This document shows positions 1-13,200 of a stretch of 64,000 nt of DNA, piece after piece. The stretch covers positions 1 through 64,000 of the forward strand of contig JAUCBJ010004375.1 in NCBI GenBank assembly GCA_032718475.1, in the 5' to 3' direction. How positions within the stretch are numbered: the first letter of the stretch is position 1; each line of letters opens with the position of its first letter. The notes under the pieces were generated by a model. It saw only the letters and a program-made list of their open reading frames with translations. It made no database searches and had not been told where the DNA came from. The DNA comes from Nemertoderma westbladi. Taxonomy: Eukaryota; Animalia; Xenacoelomorpha. The translations under genes and the position numbers were made by a program.

Positions 1-7
1 ATGCTAC

Positions 8-252
8 CTTATAGTGAAATAATTCATCACATATTCTAACTCTAGGATCACACGGCTGTGCCGGTATTTGAGTATTTTGAGCCCCATTAGCGATACCAGC
101 AAATGGCATCGTAATTTCCTGTAAAATACCACCAGAATCTGGCTCTGTGCAGGTATTTGAGTAATGTCATCTTCATTACTGATACCAATACCATCCGATA
201 TCGTGGTTTGTCGTAAAATATCATCAGCATCAGACGGTGATGCTGTAGCCAT
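8..252 (-). other. Possible first coding exon of a neighbouring gene, with a 2-bp frameshift
   Basis: ATG at 252 and a donor-like AAG|GTAGCA after 8. Removing an AG duplication near 143-146 gives MATASPSDADDILRQ...GISNEDDITQIPAQPDSGGILQEITMPFAGIANGAQNTQIPAQPCDP..., which has an internal peptide repeat (GIxN....TQIPAQ). No family recognised. Confidence 0.25.
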
Positions 253-1912
253 TATGGTATAAATGAAAAAATATGAAAGAAAACAATAATCAAACTTAGG
301 TTGCGTGCCATGACAATGTGACAGCATGTAATAAAAATGTAAATACTGAAATAGACCAAAATTATGACCTGTGATAAAATAATGTACTAACACAAACATA
401 AATATTATAATTTGTAATTTTTATGTAGAGCCTATCAAAATATCGTACAATATATGAAGTAGAGATAAGCTTGAAGCAATTCACTGCCTATCACTAACCC
501 AGGCCTTTAGGTTACAATTCATAAGCAGTCCTAACTCCTTCAAGCCAATTCGCCTACCAGATTACCACCGGTAAGAACTGTAAAAACAATACCGTACTAC
601 TCAAATACAGCCAGAATACTACTGTACTGAACTGACTGAGAGTAAAAGTAATATTTAAATTGTGAACTAACCCCTTTATTTTTTGGTTTAAAATAAATAT
701 ACAAATTTCGAAATCAAGGGAACAAAATGTAATGTACCTCAACGCTAGATTAGGTAGGCTAGCTCAGTAGGCCTTCCAACCGTGTAGCCCAACAGACTAG
801 AGCAAAAGGCATTCAAAAGTCACTCCTAGTACACGCACTGGCCATGAACGTACACTAGCAATTTAGAAATTGAAACTAGAAGCAATAGCCTGGGGTGATA
901 TGTAAACCTTAAACTAACCACCGTCCGCAAGTTGCAGAAATACCAAATGCGCAAATACACGCGGCGCAGCACACACAGCTGCACAGGTCAAAATTTACGG
1001 TACCACTAATCCATACTACACACCGTCACACGTCCAGCACTCAACCCAATAGATTTAAGCAAACATCATGTGTTGTAGCATTAGTAACATAGTAAAATTC
1101 AATGTAAATTATCGTAGGCCTAATATGTAAACACTGAAACAGTCAGATTTGTATTTAAATCATAAAACTTTTGTAAATGTAACAGCGTGGGTTAACTGAT
1201 ACAGAGAACGTAGTACTAGAGCTCCCATTTTACTCTAAACAGGCAAGAAATCTAATTGACTGATTCAGTATTGAAAACTTTAATCCCAGGGACCGCTGTT
1301 ATTTGGGTGTGGGTACATTTTGTGCTAATCAACTTGACTGAAAACAATACTCGAACATAGGAATAATAGGGTAAAAATTGTATATATTGACTGATTGAAA
1401 CAAGTAATGAAATGCACAAAACACAAAACATACAAAAGTTTTAGATCAAACCTGTAGGTAATTTGTTAATAACGTGTAGGTAACTTAAATAAAGTACATA
1501 AACTACCGGTAGCTGTAACCCGACACCGCCTGAGACTAAGATAACGGCAAGCAAAGGAACAACCAGTTCATCGGCAGGTTGTAGGTTATCAATATTTAAA
1601 TACCGGATCAACGGCCATTACTGGACTATCAGCTAACAGACGAACGGCCCAATACGACTCATAATACTGCAATAATGTGAGACTGAAATCTCAAATACTG
1701 AAATAGTTAAAATGCTGAACTAAGTTAAGTAGTACCAAATACAGAAAATAGTGACTGATAATACTCATATCAGACTGTCAGACATCCCGAACTGCCCAAT
1801 ACTGGTCTTGGTACCGGTACTGCTTCTAAACCCCAGATAGATCATAGAATATCAACCAAAATAATGGTATGTATCTATTAAACAAAAAACGTTTCGGCCT
1901 TTGTGCCGTAAC

Positions 1913-2103
1913 AGGGGGGTCTGTCCCTGGGCGCCAACCGATAATAATATGGGGGGGGGGGGGGGGGGTCTCTGTCCCTGGGTGTCAACCGATAATAATA
2001 TGGGGGGGGGGGGGGGTCTGTCCCTGGGTGCCAACCGATAATAATATGGGGGGAGGGGGGGGGGGGGGGGGGTCTGTCCCTGGGTGCCAACCGGTAATAA
2101 TAT
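1913..2103 (+). repeat. G-run minisatellite, about 4 copies
   Basis: Unit GTCTGTCCCTGGGTGCCAACCGATAATAATATG separated by long poly-G runs. The ORFs over it are low-complexity artefacts. Confidence 0.85.
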
Positions 2104-2831
2104 GAACAATAAACATTCAACAAATTCAAACTGCCGTAAACTTCTGACGTGAATTTTCACGCCAAGTCGCCAAATTCTCGAATTTTCGATATTTTCGTTA
2201 AATTTAAATTTAACTACTATCTCATAAATAAACACAACGAGGTTCGAGTATAAAATAAGTAATTAAAATTAAATAATATTAAATTTTTTAATTTTATTGA
2301 AAATATAACAATAATTAATTATTCCATCGTTTAATTAATTTCGATAAAATTTAAATTGTATCAATAAATTCGTTCTGCCAGGCCAGGTGGAACACAATGA
2401 AACACCTCTGCTTCATCTATTTGCGTTGTGTTTCAGACTTTGTCTCACATTGAATTCATTTTCGCCGCGGAATTTGTAGTGTGGCCGGTAACCGTTATAT
2501 AATAATCAGTAGTACCAGATCATCAACACATACAGATAACTCATCTATAATACCAGTAGTATATACTACAGAATTCACGGCAGATACATCCCACGGTTAA
2601 GTATTGCGTTTTGTTATGAAAACGTTGTCCGTTGTAAGCCACTGTACAGCATAAAGATTATTTTCATATTAAATTGGAGCTGAAGGGACTTTTTCTACTT
2701 TTAATATAATATTATATTTGGTGAAATTTTATTTTTGAGTTTTAGCTGCACAATATTATATACGAATTAGTAGGCCTACATAATTAGGTTATTCAAAATG
2801 CTAAATATTTAAAGAAACACTATGAAAGTTT

Positions 2832-3041
2832 TTAAGTTACAAATTTCGATACAAATAATAATGTACAGACGGAGGTAACCATTGTAAACCAGTAGCTGTT
2901 GCAGTATGACGCCATGGCTCCACTCATTGAATAAACTCTGTTTCCGGTTAGCACTTGGTTAGCAACAGCGATTCCCGACATAAAAGCGCCGTGAACTGTA
3001 CCGTGGTAATTCATTTCGGTGTGTTCCCCCCCAAAAAATAC
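2832..3041 (-). CDS. Last coding exon of a flavin-dependent amine oxidase (polyamine oxidase/MAO-like family)
   Basis: Acceptor TTTCAG| then phase 0 VFFGGEHTEMNYHGTVHGAFMSGIAVANQVL, matching the amine oxidase C-terminal motif F(A/G)GEHT...GTVHGAxxSG. A hydrophobic tail follows. AATAAA on the minus strand at 2733-2728. Confidence 0.88.
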   Translation of the reverse strand, partial: VFFGGEHTEMNYHGTVHGAFMSGIAVANQVLTGNRVYSMSGAMASYCNSYWFTMVTSVCTLLFVSKFVT

Positions 3042-3140
3042 CTGAAATTAAATAATAAACACATATAATAAGAGCCAAAACCTCTTATTCGAAAAGGTAA
3101 ATAAACCCATTCATGCTGTTCCCTTTGAACCCACTCACAC

Positions 3141-5162
3141 TGTTACGATATATGGCGCTGTGTACTATTATCAGCCCGTTATACAGTATAGAATATTTAG
3201 ATAAGTCATAATGACGTACAGCCGTAATTAGATAGGGAAAATAAAATATCCAAGTTTATAGATCTTATCCATTTTTGTATAGTATGTAGCCTTGCATACG
3301 TAATTTTGTAATAAAACATTAATAAATAACATTTATGGTAGCAAGTTTCTATAAAACCTTAATATGAGCTTGCCGTTTATTAGTATTAATCGAATTAATT
3401 GTGTATTTGCATTAATTTCCATTTATATTTGTCTTTAAATTGGCTTTATATCAAATTGTGCTTAATGTACTTTAATAGTCGCGAAATTAATGTTACGGCC
3501 AGCAACCTGTAAGCTCATCGGGACACAATTCATTACCATATATGGTAATAATTTGCAATTTGGAAGCGCAAGGATGACAATCCGGCTTCCTTATTGGCCC
3601 AGCTCTTCCAGGTTGGTCTAATGGTGGCGTGGGTTGCTGGACCCAATGAGACGATTATTGCGTTATCCCTATTTCATCACCTATAAATTGGCTGTGTTTC
3701 CGGTATGTGCTGCTGTAATAATTCTCAATTATTCTCAATTATACCTGTAATTCTTAATTCTTTGCAATTATTCTGTGTATTCTGCTTTGTGTAATTTCTG
3801 ATTTAAATTTTTTGCTGTTTTTTCTTAATTCGCAATGATTACTGCTAATTACAATCTCGAACTATGATTTCCACCTTTGATTACTGATTTCTATGTGATT
3901 TGAGATGCGATAATCCTATGGGATTTCTTTAGACTGTCAGACTGTTTGCGAATGCATGCGCCGATACGGCAGCTATTTGTTCTAATGGAGGGCTAAAGTA
4001 CCGGTAGGCGCAGCGGGCGCACCGGGGGAAGCGACGGAGGGAGTGCAGAGGATCCAAGGTGGGGCAACGCTGACGGGGGGCTGCCGTTGCGGTCGGGGTT
4101 AGTCAGTGAGGACTGAAGACCTACCGTTGGTACAGTATTAAGGGGCTGACAATCCAGATTTTGTCTCTACCTTTGTAGTGTTAGGGGGCAGAACTTGGGG
4201 TTAGTTAGGAAGCCTATATGTAACCGGGAGTGGCCTTCGTGTCTTACACTGCCATATTGACATACTGGTATGCTGATACGCTAAGGTGTGGTTTTAGTGC
4301 ACTAGCTTACTGGTAGTTAGCGCAGTACCGTACTACTAGCTTATTGCTACGCTATTTGTGTTGTTGCTAAGGTGTGCCTGATTCTTAATTGTGAATGCTT
4401 AGATAGGCACCGTTTCCTTGATTGATTTCTATTTCTTAGTTTACGCTTTATTGATTGTTAAATAGGTCAAAATAATACAGTATTTAGGCTGTTGCTAGTA
4501 TAACCCAGTACATAATAAATTAGAACTACGTATTCTGGAACATCTAATAATTAGTACGCAATTCCGTATTTATGACTGTAATTAATTTAGCGATAAAATT
4601 AAATAAGAATTTGTACGCAGCATAGCGGAGAGTAGTTTAAGTAATTGTTTTAGAATACTGTAGACTATTCACGCTGGGCGGGTTATTTGAAAATAGCGGG
4701 GCAACAGGCTGATAGCAGCATCCAGTATACAGTAGTAAGTTGCTGGCCTAAAGCCAGCCGAAGGCAAGTTTAGACCCCAAAATAAAGTAACAGAACTGGT
4801 CCCGGTAGATTATTAAAACATTCTCACATTCAACAATTCTACCTAGTGAATTCCAGTATTTTGTGATAAGGCAGTAAGTGAACTCCGAGTGATAAGCCAC
4901 TCTCACTCGTTTTAGGTAGCCTAGGGAGCCGATTCGGGTTTATTGTTTTGGTTATTCCCGCGTGGCTCATAGATTCGAACAGTTAGCTCTCTGTCGAGCG
5001 ATCGATAGAGAAAGGAGCAAGCGATTTTGTAGGAGCCGTATAGAGAAATTAGTAAAACATATTAGCGGACGGCCTGGTTAGCACCATCCAGCGGTGAGAA
5101 GCGATTTCGTGTTTAGCCGCGTACTGCAGTAACAACGTGCTCCTGATCGCGCTTGTTTAACA
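3141..5162 (+). mobile_element. Solo LTR (2022 bp) of a family related to element D
   Basis: Starts TGTTACGATATATGGCGCTG and ends ...GTTTAACA. 5-bp TSD CACAC at 3136-3140 and 5163-5167. Collinear similarity with the D LTR (40132-42213) along its length. Inserted in the 24-bp minisatellite. Confidence 0.92.
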
Positions 5163-5181
5163 CACACTGTTCCCTTAGAAC

Positions 5182-8100
5182 CCTACTAGTACTAGGATCT
5201 GCATTGCAGCTGCATTTTTAAGAACGCTGTGCAAGCCTTTCGACAAGATTGCACCGCCACAACTCCTTATCACCCATGACATTTGCTAGATCATCCGCAT
5301 CTTCAAGGCCAGTGTCCTTTAAGATGCGTCTCAAGAAAGTCATGGGCTGTCCACCATGCTTATTCACTCCATAACGCTACCAAAGTTCAAGATTATGCAC
5401 TGGCTGGTCCTCACGGCGAAATCAATGTCCTGCAAAGCGGAGGCGATTTTGTTCTAGTGTCAAGCTTGGGGGATCCAATGAGACACCTCCAATGTTATAT
5501 AGTGTCTGGTTGGAGATGTGTGCATTGTACTTGACACAATAAACCTGGCGTAGCATTCTTGTGAATGTGCCATCCAGAGATTTGGTGTCCTCAGCAGTTA
5601 GAGCCCAGCATGGACTCCCATAGAGGAGTACTGGAACTACTGCTGCTCTAATTAATCGGACCTTAAGTTTCCGACTAATTCTCGGTGACTTCCAAATCCT
5701 GGAAAACCTATTCAAGGCTGCCCATGCCTTTCCCTTACGTATTCGAAGGTCCTCACCTGACTTCCGGATCCATGATCCCAGGTAACAGAAGTCGTCCACA
5801 TGCTCAAGCCTTTGAGCATATGCTCATCCGATCACAGACTTGCTGAGGACTTTCAAAGTTAACTGTCAAAATTGTTGTCTTTCTGGAGTTAATAAAAAGA
5901 CCAACACGAGAAGCAGCATGTTCTAATAAGCCGTTGGGCTCCCTCTAGTGATTCTGAGAGTACTCCTAAGTCATCAGCAAAGTCTAGATCAGTTAGGTAC
6001 TTGGCAGGATTTCCTCGACTTCTGGAGCCAGTAGTTGGAGTTATCATCACCCCATCATCACTATGATGATCTAAGGACATGCGGAGAACATAGTCAACCA
6101 CAATTATGAACAAGAATGGTGCAAGTGTGTCTCCCTGGAGGACGCCCCATAACACTTCAAATGGTTCTGTGTCACCATCAACAGTAGACACAAATGTTGT
6201 TGAACCATCGTATACTGATCTGATTGCTGCAATAATTTCATCAGCAATCCCATATAATGAAAGTATGCTGAACATACGTGAGCGAAAGTCTGAATCATAG
6301 GCCTTGAAGAAGTCAACAAAGATAACAGCGAGATGCCTGTCTTTCTTTTTTGATAACTCTTCAATTATCCTTCTAAGTGCCAAAATGGGCTCCATGGTCC
6401 CACGACCTATACGGAACCCATTCTGATTTCCTCGGAGCAGTCTTTCAATGGGATCCCTGATGCGATTTAATATAATTCTATTGTATAGCTTTGCAGCAAT
6501 CGAGATCAGTGAGATTCCCCGAAAAGAATCATAGAGTGTTAGGTTGCCCTTCTTGGGAACTGGCACCAACTGATTTGTTTTCATTTCTTGTGGGACTCTT
6601 GTTGTTCGGTACATGTCTACTATGATGGGATAGATGAGCTTTAAACACTCAGGTAATTTAAAGACCTCAGGGGGAACACCATCTACTCCACCGGCACGAT
6701 TGGACTTAATGCTCTTTGCAGCAGCCTTCACTTCTGCAAAGGAGATATCGCCAATGGGAATATCTGGGAGTACAGACTCAGACACTTTTACATCTATAAA
6801 GTTATCAGGCAATACCCTGTCATTATTGAGGAGCTTTTCAAAGTGGGTCTTCCAACCATGAGGCGATCGGCTGGTGAATCAGCCTTAACCTTGGTGGTTG
6901 GTTGGCTTTTCCGCCAAGTAAGCAAGTTGATCGATTTCCATGCCTGGGATGATTGCCTGCTGTCTTCAGCATCATTGATGGCATCAACCTTTTGGTTTAT
7001 TAGCTCCTGTAGATTAACAGAGTGCTGCCTGTTCAGGGACCTAGAAGCAGCCTTAACTGCATTTTTGGCCACTGTAATCTGTTTGAGTCGGGACTCTTTC
7101 TGTGCCTTATAGAGGTCATTTCGGCACTTCTGAATTTTGTTGCCAGTCCAGGGGGCCCTTTTCCTGTTTCGAGGGTATACAGGAACTGTTTCTGTAGCTT
7201 AACTTAACTGCTAACTTAACTGCTTCTGTGAAGGCAGTATAGCCTCACAGTGATCTGCCGCCTCAGAGGCAAGAACCTCATACATGTTGTTCAGCTGTAG
7301 TGTGAAGCTGGATCTCACACTTGGCTGTTGCAGCAGGGAGGACCAGTCATGCCGCGGCAAGGCAGATTTCGTTGTTCTGCTAGCACGCAGACTAAGTCTT
7401 ACCTTGGCCACAATAAGGCGGTAATCACTGGAGAAGGGTCGAAGTGTAAATGCATTACAGTCTTGTATAGAGCTCCTGTATTTCCTACGAAACAGAATAT
7501 GGTCTATCTGGGACTTGTGACCACTAGGTCCACTATGAGTCCATAGCTTTCCAGTTCGCCTCTTGAACTGTGTTCTAGCCGAAAACAATCCATTTCCAGA
7601 GATAAAATCCTGAAGATGGACGGAATTTCGGTTAACACTATTGCTATAGACCCAGGGCGATGTAGGTGATTGATGCAGACTTTCATTAAATTCTCCCAGG
7701 AATTTTAAGAATGCATGCTGATCCACTCCATCAGTAGCTGCTTGTATATTGTGGTAGAAATTTTCTACCTCCTCTACAGCGGAAACAATAGTTGGAGAGT
7801 AGCACTAGCACACAATCAAAACCACCTTAGGGAACTTTTTAGCCATTCTTCCAGAACATGAGAAGTGGCAACGGATGATGCGGTTAGAGATTTTGTCTAT
7901 TTTGTCCAATGCTGCATGTGCAGTTGGATTCATCAATAGACCAGTTCCACCATTGCCACTATCATCTGCTGACGCGAGGGCGAGTCGCCAACCGCCCCCC
8001 ATGTCCTTAATCAGAACCTCATCAGTCTGTCCAGTCTGCATTCGGTGCTCTTGAACACCCACTGCGCTAAGAGAAAGCTTATCTGCCAAGGCAGTCAGCT

Positions 8101-8261
8101 CACCTTGTCGCATTGGGGACCCGAGTGTTAGGGTGTTTACTGAGGCTAGTCTAGTGACTTGCCTCAGATTCACCAATGGCTTTGTTGGTCGGGGTGGAAC
8201 ATGAGAGTACCCTCCAACTCCAGAATCCCTCTCCCCCTCACAATCTGGCTTCCCTAGTGAC
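5182..8261 (-). mobile_element. Degenerate non-LTR retrotransposon, RTE clade (APE endonuclease + RT)
   Basis: APE motifs (LASVNTLTL, VGVQEHR, QIDHIL, SDYRL) in ORFs 7805-8275 and 7211-7726. RT motifs (FRGISL, QNGFR, FVDFFKAYD, GVLQGDTLAPFLF, DFADD, FCYLGS) in 5889-6812 and 5422-5799. Many frameshifts and stops. Short CTAGTA tail. Candidate TSD CCCTTAGAAC at 5172-5181 and 8262-8271. Confidence 0.88.
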
Positions 8262-9394
8262 CCCTTAGAACTCACTCACCCTGTTCCCTTAGAAAACCAC
8301 TCACTATTTTTCCTTTTAAACCCACACACCATGTTCCCTTTGAAAACCCACTCACCCTGTTCCCTTTGAAAACCCACTCACCTGTTCCCTTTGAACCCAC
8401 TCACCCTGTTCCCTTTGAACCCACTCACCCTATTCCTTTTGAAAACCCACTCACCCTGCTCCCTCTGAACCCACTCACCCTGTTCCCTTTGAACCCACTC
8501 ACCCTGTTCCCTTTGAACCCACTCACCCTGTTCCCTTTGAACCCACTCACCTTGGTCCCTTTGAACCCACTCACCCTGTTCCCTTTGAACCCACTCACCC
8601 TGCTCCCTCTGAACCCACTCACCCTGTCTGTTCCCTTTGAACGCACTCTTCATGTTGCCTTTGAAAACCCACTCACCCTGTCTGTTCCCTTTGAAAACCC
8701 ACTCACCCTGCCTGTTCCCTTTGAACGCACTTATCATGTTGCCTTTAAACACACTTACCCTGTTCCCTTTTAACCCACTCACCCTGTTCCCTTTGAAAAC
8801 CCACTCACCCTGTTCCCTTTGAACCCACTCACTCTGTTCCCTCTGAACCCACTCACCCTGTTCCCTTTGAAAACCCACTCACCCTGTTCCCTTTGAACCC
8901 ACTCACTCTGTTCCCTCTGAACCCACTCACCCTGTTCCCTTTGAACCCACTCACCCTGTACCTTTTGAACCCACTCACCCTGTTCCCTCTGAACCCACTC
9001 ACCCTGTTCCCTTTGAACCCACTCACCCTGTACCTTTTGAACCCACTCACCCTGTTCCCTTTGAACCCACTCACTCTGTTCCCTTTGAACCCACTCACAA
9101 TGTTCCCTCTGAACCCACTCACCCTGTTCCCTCTGAACCCACTCACCCTATTCCCTTTGAAAACCCACTCACAATGTTCCCTCTGAACCCACTCACAATG
9201 TTCCCTCTGAACCCACTCATCCTGTTCCCTTTGAACCCACTCACAATGTTCCCTCTGAACCCACTCACCCTGTTCCCTTTGGACCTACTCACCCTGTTAC
9301 CTCTGAACCCACTCACCCTGTTCCCTGTGAACCGACTCACTCTGTTCCCTCTGAACCCACTCACCCTGTTCCCTTTGAACCCACTCACCCTGTT
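8262..9394 (-). repeat. 24-bp minisatellite (about 45 copies) containing the host 5' splice site
   Basis: Plus-strand unit CCCTTTGAACCCACTCACCCTGTT. The minus strand reads AACAGG|GTGAGTGGGTTCAAAGGG. Remnants at 3104-3140 and 5163-5181 show the array was split by the LINE and the solo LTR. Confidence 0.95.
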
Positions 9395-9769
9395 TCTATG
9401 AGGCGAAGCGAACGGCAGCCAGACATCCTGACTTGTACCGGTATCCGCGAAGGAAATCGACCCTCTGGAATACGGATCGTTCTCCCAATCACTACGACTG
9501 AACTCTGTGATGTCATCGATAGTGACGTCATTGCTCCCGTCTTGCGCGAAGGCGTACAGTTTACGGAGATTGGCCACGGCGGATTCTTTTAATTGCTGGT
9601 CGTTTAGCAACTTAGCACTCTCTATGGACGCGGGTAGAATAAACCCTTGGGATACGTTCTGGTTGCAGTATCTCGACTGGGACCAATTTAGCCAGTAGTT
9701 AAGCAGCCCTCTATTGGGTAGATCCTTGAATTGGGTGTTGGAGTGTATTGGGGGCCCCTCTGGGAGTAA
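9389..9769 (-). CDS. Penultimate coding exon (381 bp) of the amine oxidase gene
   Basis: Acceptor TTTCAG| at 9769, open frame LLPEGPP...RSDWENDPYSRGSISF...PFASPHRNR, donor AGG|GTGAGT. WxxDPYSRGS is an amine oxidase motif. It joins in phase 0 to VFFGGEHT of the last exon. Confidence 0.88.
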
Positions 9770-10200
9770 CTGAAAGTATTAAAGGAGTTCTATTGTAGTG
9801 TGGGAGGTGGGAGACCTAAATGATAACATTAACGATGTAGAAATTTAGAGATTGAGAACGATTCAATAATATATATAGTGATGATATTATATTGATATGC
9901 GTTCCAAAATTTTAAAATGACATCTTGCCGTTCCGATTGTTATTAGCAGCGCTTGCGCGGTATTGTTACACATTATAAAAAATAAAAAAGCATGTCCTAG
10001 AACATGCTTCACAATACTAGAAGACTATAAAATGAGTTTGAATCATAAATTTGGTTTTGCTTGACAGTCGCTTTGATGACTTCATATTATTGTATCTAAT
10101 TAAATCATTTAATTATTTACCCACCCCCACAATGTAGGGCGCACATCCCATATAATTACCTAATTCAAAAACTACAATCATTTAATCACTGTATCCTACT

Positions 10201-13200
10201 TAACCGCTATCCCAACCTTTCTTTGTACCTCAGTTAGTTTAACCGCTATCCTAACCTTTGTTCCTCAGTTAGTTTAACCACTGTACTAACCTTTGTTCCT
10301 CAGTTAGTTTAACCACTGTTCTAACCTTTGTTCCTCAGTTAGTTTAACCACTGTTCTAACCTTTGTTCCTCAGTTAGTTTAACCACTGTTCTAACCTTTG
10401 TTCCTCAGTTAGTTTAACCACTGTTCTAACCTTTGTTCCTCAGTTAGTTTAACCACTGTTCTAACCTTTGTTCCTCAGTTAGTTTAACCACTGTTCTAAC
10501 CTTTGTTCCTCAGTTAGTTTAACAGCTGTCCCAATCTTTATTCCTCAGTTAGTTTAACCGCTATCCTAACCTTTGTTCCTCAGTTAGTTTAACCACTGTA
10601 CTAACCTTTGTTCCTCAGTTAGTTTAACCACTGTTCTAACCTTTGTTCCTCAGTTAGTTTAACCACTGTTCTAACCTTTGTTCCTCAGTTAGTTTAACCA
10701 CTGTTCTAACCTTTGTTCCTCAGTTAGTTTAACAGCTGTCCCAATCTTTCTTCCTCAGTTAGTTTAACCGCTATCCTAACCTTTGTTCCTCAGTTAGTTT
10801 AACCACTGTACTAACCTTTGTTCCTCAGTTAGTTTAACCACTGTTCTAACCTTTGTTCCTCAGTTAGTTTAACCACTGTTCTAACCTTTGTTCCTCAGTT
10901 AGTTTAACAGCTGTCCCAACCTTTGTTCCTCAGTTAGTTTAACCGCTATCCTAACCTTTGTTCCTCAGTTAGTTTAACCACTGTACTAACCTTTGTTCCT
11001 CAGTTAGTTTAACCACTGTTCTAACCTTTGTTCCTCAGTTAGTTTAACCACTGTTCTAACCTTTGTTCCTCAGTTAGTTTAACCACTGTTCTAACCTTTG
11101 TTCCTCAGTTAGTTTAACAGCTGTCCCAATCTTTATTCCTCAGTTAGTTTAACCGCTATCCTAACCTTTGTTCCTCAGTTAGTTTAACCACTGTACTAAC
11201 CTTTGTTCCTCAGTTAGTTTAACCACTGTTCTAACCTTTGTTCCTCAGTTAGTTTAACCACTGTTCTAACCTTTGTTCCTCAGTTAGTTTAACAGCTGTC
11301 CCAATCTTTATTCCTCAGTTAGTTTAACCGCTGTACCAACCTTTGTTCCTCAGTTAGTTTAACCGCTGTACCAACCTTTGTTCCTCAGTTAGTTTAACCG
11401 CTATCCTAACCTTTGTTCCTCAGTTAGTTTAACAGCTGTCCCAATCTTTATTCCTCAGTTAGTTTAACCGCTGTACCAACCTTTGTTCCTCAGTTAGTTT
11501 AACCGCTATACTAACCTTTGTTCCTCAGTTAGTTTAACAGCTGTCCCAACCTTTATTCCTCAGTTAGTTTAACCGCTGTTCTAACCTTTGTTCCTCAGTT
11601 AGTTTAACAGCTGTCCCAACCTTTATTCCTCAGTTAGTTTAACCGATGTCCTAACCGTTGTTCCTCAGTTAGTTTAACCGCTGTACTAACCTTTGTTCCT
11701 TTTTTAGTTTAACCCCTGTACTAACCTTTGTTCCTCAGTTAGTTTAACCGCTATCCTAACCTTTGTTCCTCAGTTAGTTTAACAGCTGTCCCAATCTTTA
11801 TTCCTCAGTTAGTTTAACCGCTGTACCAACCTTTGTTCCTCAGTTAGTTTAACCGCTGTACCAACCTTTGTTCCTCAGTTAGTTTAACCGCTATCCTAAC
11901 CTTTGTTCCTCAGTTAGTTTAACAGCTGTCCCAATCTTTATTCCTCAGTTAGTTTAACCGCTGTACCAACCTTTGTTCCTCAGTTAGTTTAACCGCTATA
12001 CTAACCTTTGTTCCTCAGTTAGTTTAACAGCTGTCCCAACCTTTATTCCTCAGTTAGTTTAACCGCTGTTCTAACCTTTGTTCCTCAGTTAGTTTAACAG
12101 CTGTCCCAACCTTTATTCCTCAGTTAGTTTAACCGATGTCCTAACCGTTGTTCCTCAGTTAGTTTAACCGCTGTACTAACCTTTGTTCCTCTTTTAGTTT
12201 AACCCCTGTACTAACCTTTGTTCCTCAGTTAGTTTAACCACTATCCTAACCTTTGTTCCTCAGTTACTTTAACCGATGTCCTAACCTTTGTTCCTCAGTT
12301 AGTTTAACCGCTGTTCTACCCTTTGTTCCTCAGTTAGTTTAACCGCTATACTAACCTTTGTTCCTCAGCTAGTTTAACCGCTGTACCAACCTTTGTTCCT
12401 CAGTTAGTTTAACCGCTATACTAACCTTTGTTCCTCAGTTAGTTTAACAGCTGTCCCAATCTTTATTCATCAGTTAGTTTAACCGCTGTACCAACCTTTG
12501 TTCCTCAGTTAGTTTAACCGCTATCCTAACCTTTGTTCCTCAGTTAGTTTAACAGCTGTCCCAATCTTTATTCCTCAGTTAGTTTAACCGCTGTACCAAC
12601 CTTTGTTCCTCAGTTAGTTTAACCGCTATACTAACCTTTGTTCCTCAGTTAGTTTAACAGCTGTCCCAACTTTATTCCTCAGTTAGTTTAACCGCTGTTC
12701 TAACCTTTGTTCCTCAGTTAGTTTAACAGCTGTCCCAACCTTTATTCCTCAGTTAGTTTAACCGATGTCCTAACCGTTGTTCCTCAGTTAGTTTAACCGC
12801 TGTACTAACCTTTGTTCCTCTTTTAGTTTAACCACTGTACTAACCTTTCTTCCTCAGTTAGTTTAACCACTATCCTAACCTTTGTTCCTCAGTTACTTTA
12901 ACCGATGTCCTAACCTTTGTTCCTCAGTTAGTTTAACCGCTGTTCTAACCTTTGTTCCTCAGTTAGTTTAACCGCTGTCCTAACCTTTGTTCCCCAGTTA
13001 GTTTAACCGCTATCCTAACCTTTGTTCCTCAGTTAGTTTAACCGCTATCCTAACCGTTGTTGTTTCTCAATTAGTTTATCCGATGTCCCAACCTTTGTTC
13101 CTTAGTTAGTTTAACCGATGTCCTAACCGTTGTTCCTCAGTTAGTTTAACCACTGTACTAACCTTTGTTCCTCAGTTAGTTTAACCGCTGTACTAACCTT

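Noticed and set aside
8366-9401. Multiple ORFs over the 24-bp repeat
   Set aside because: Products are translations of the repeat unit with no independent coding evidence.
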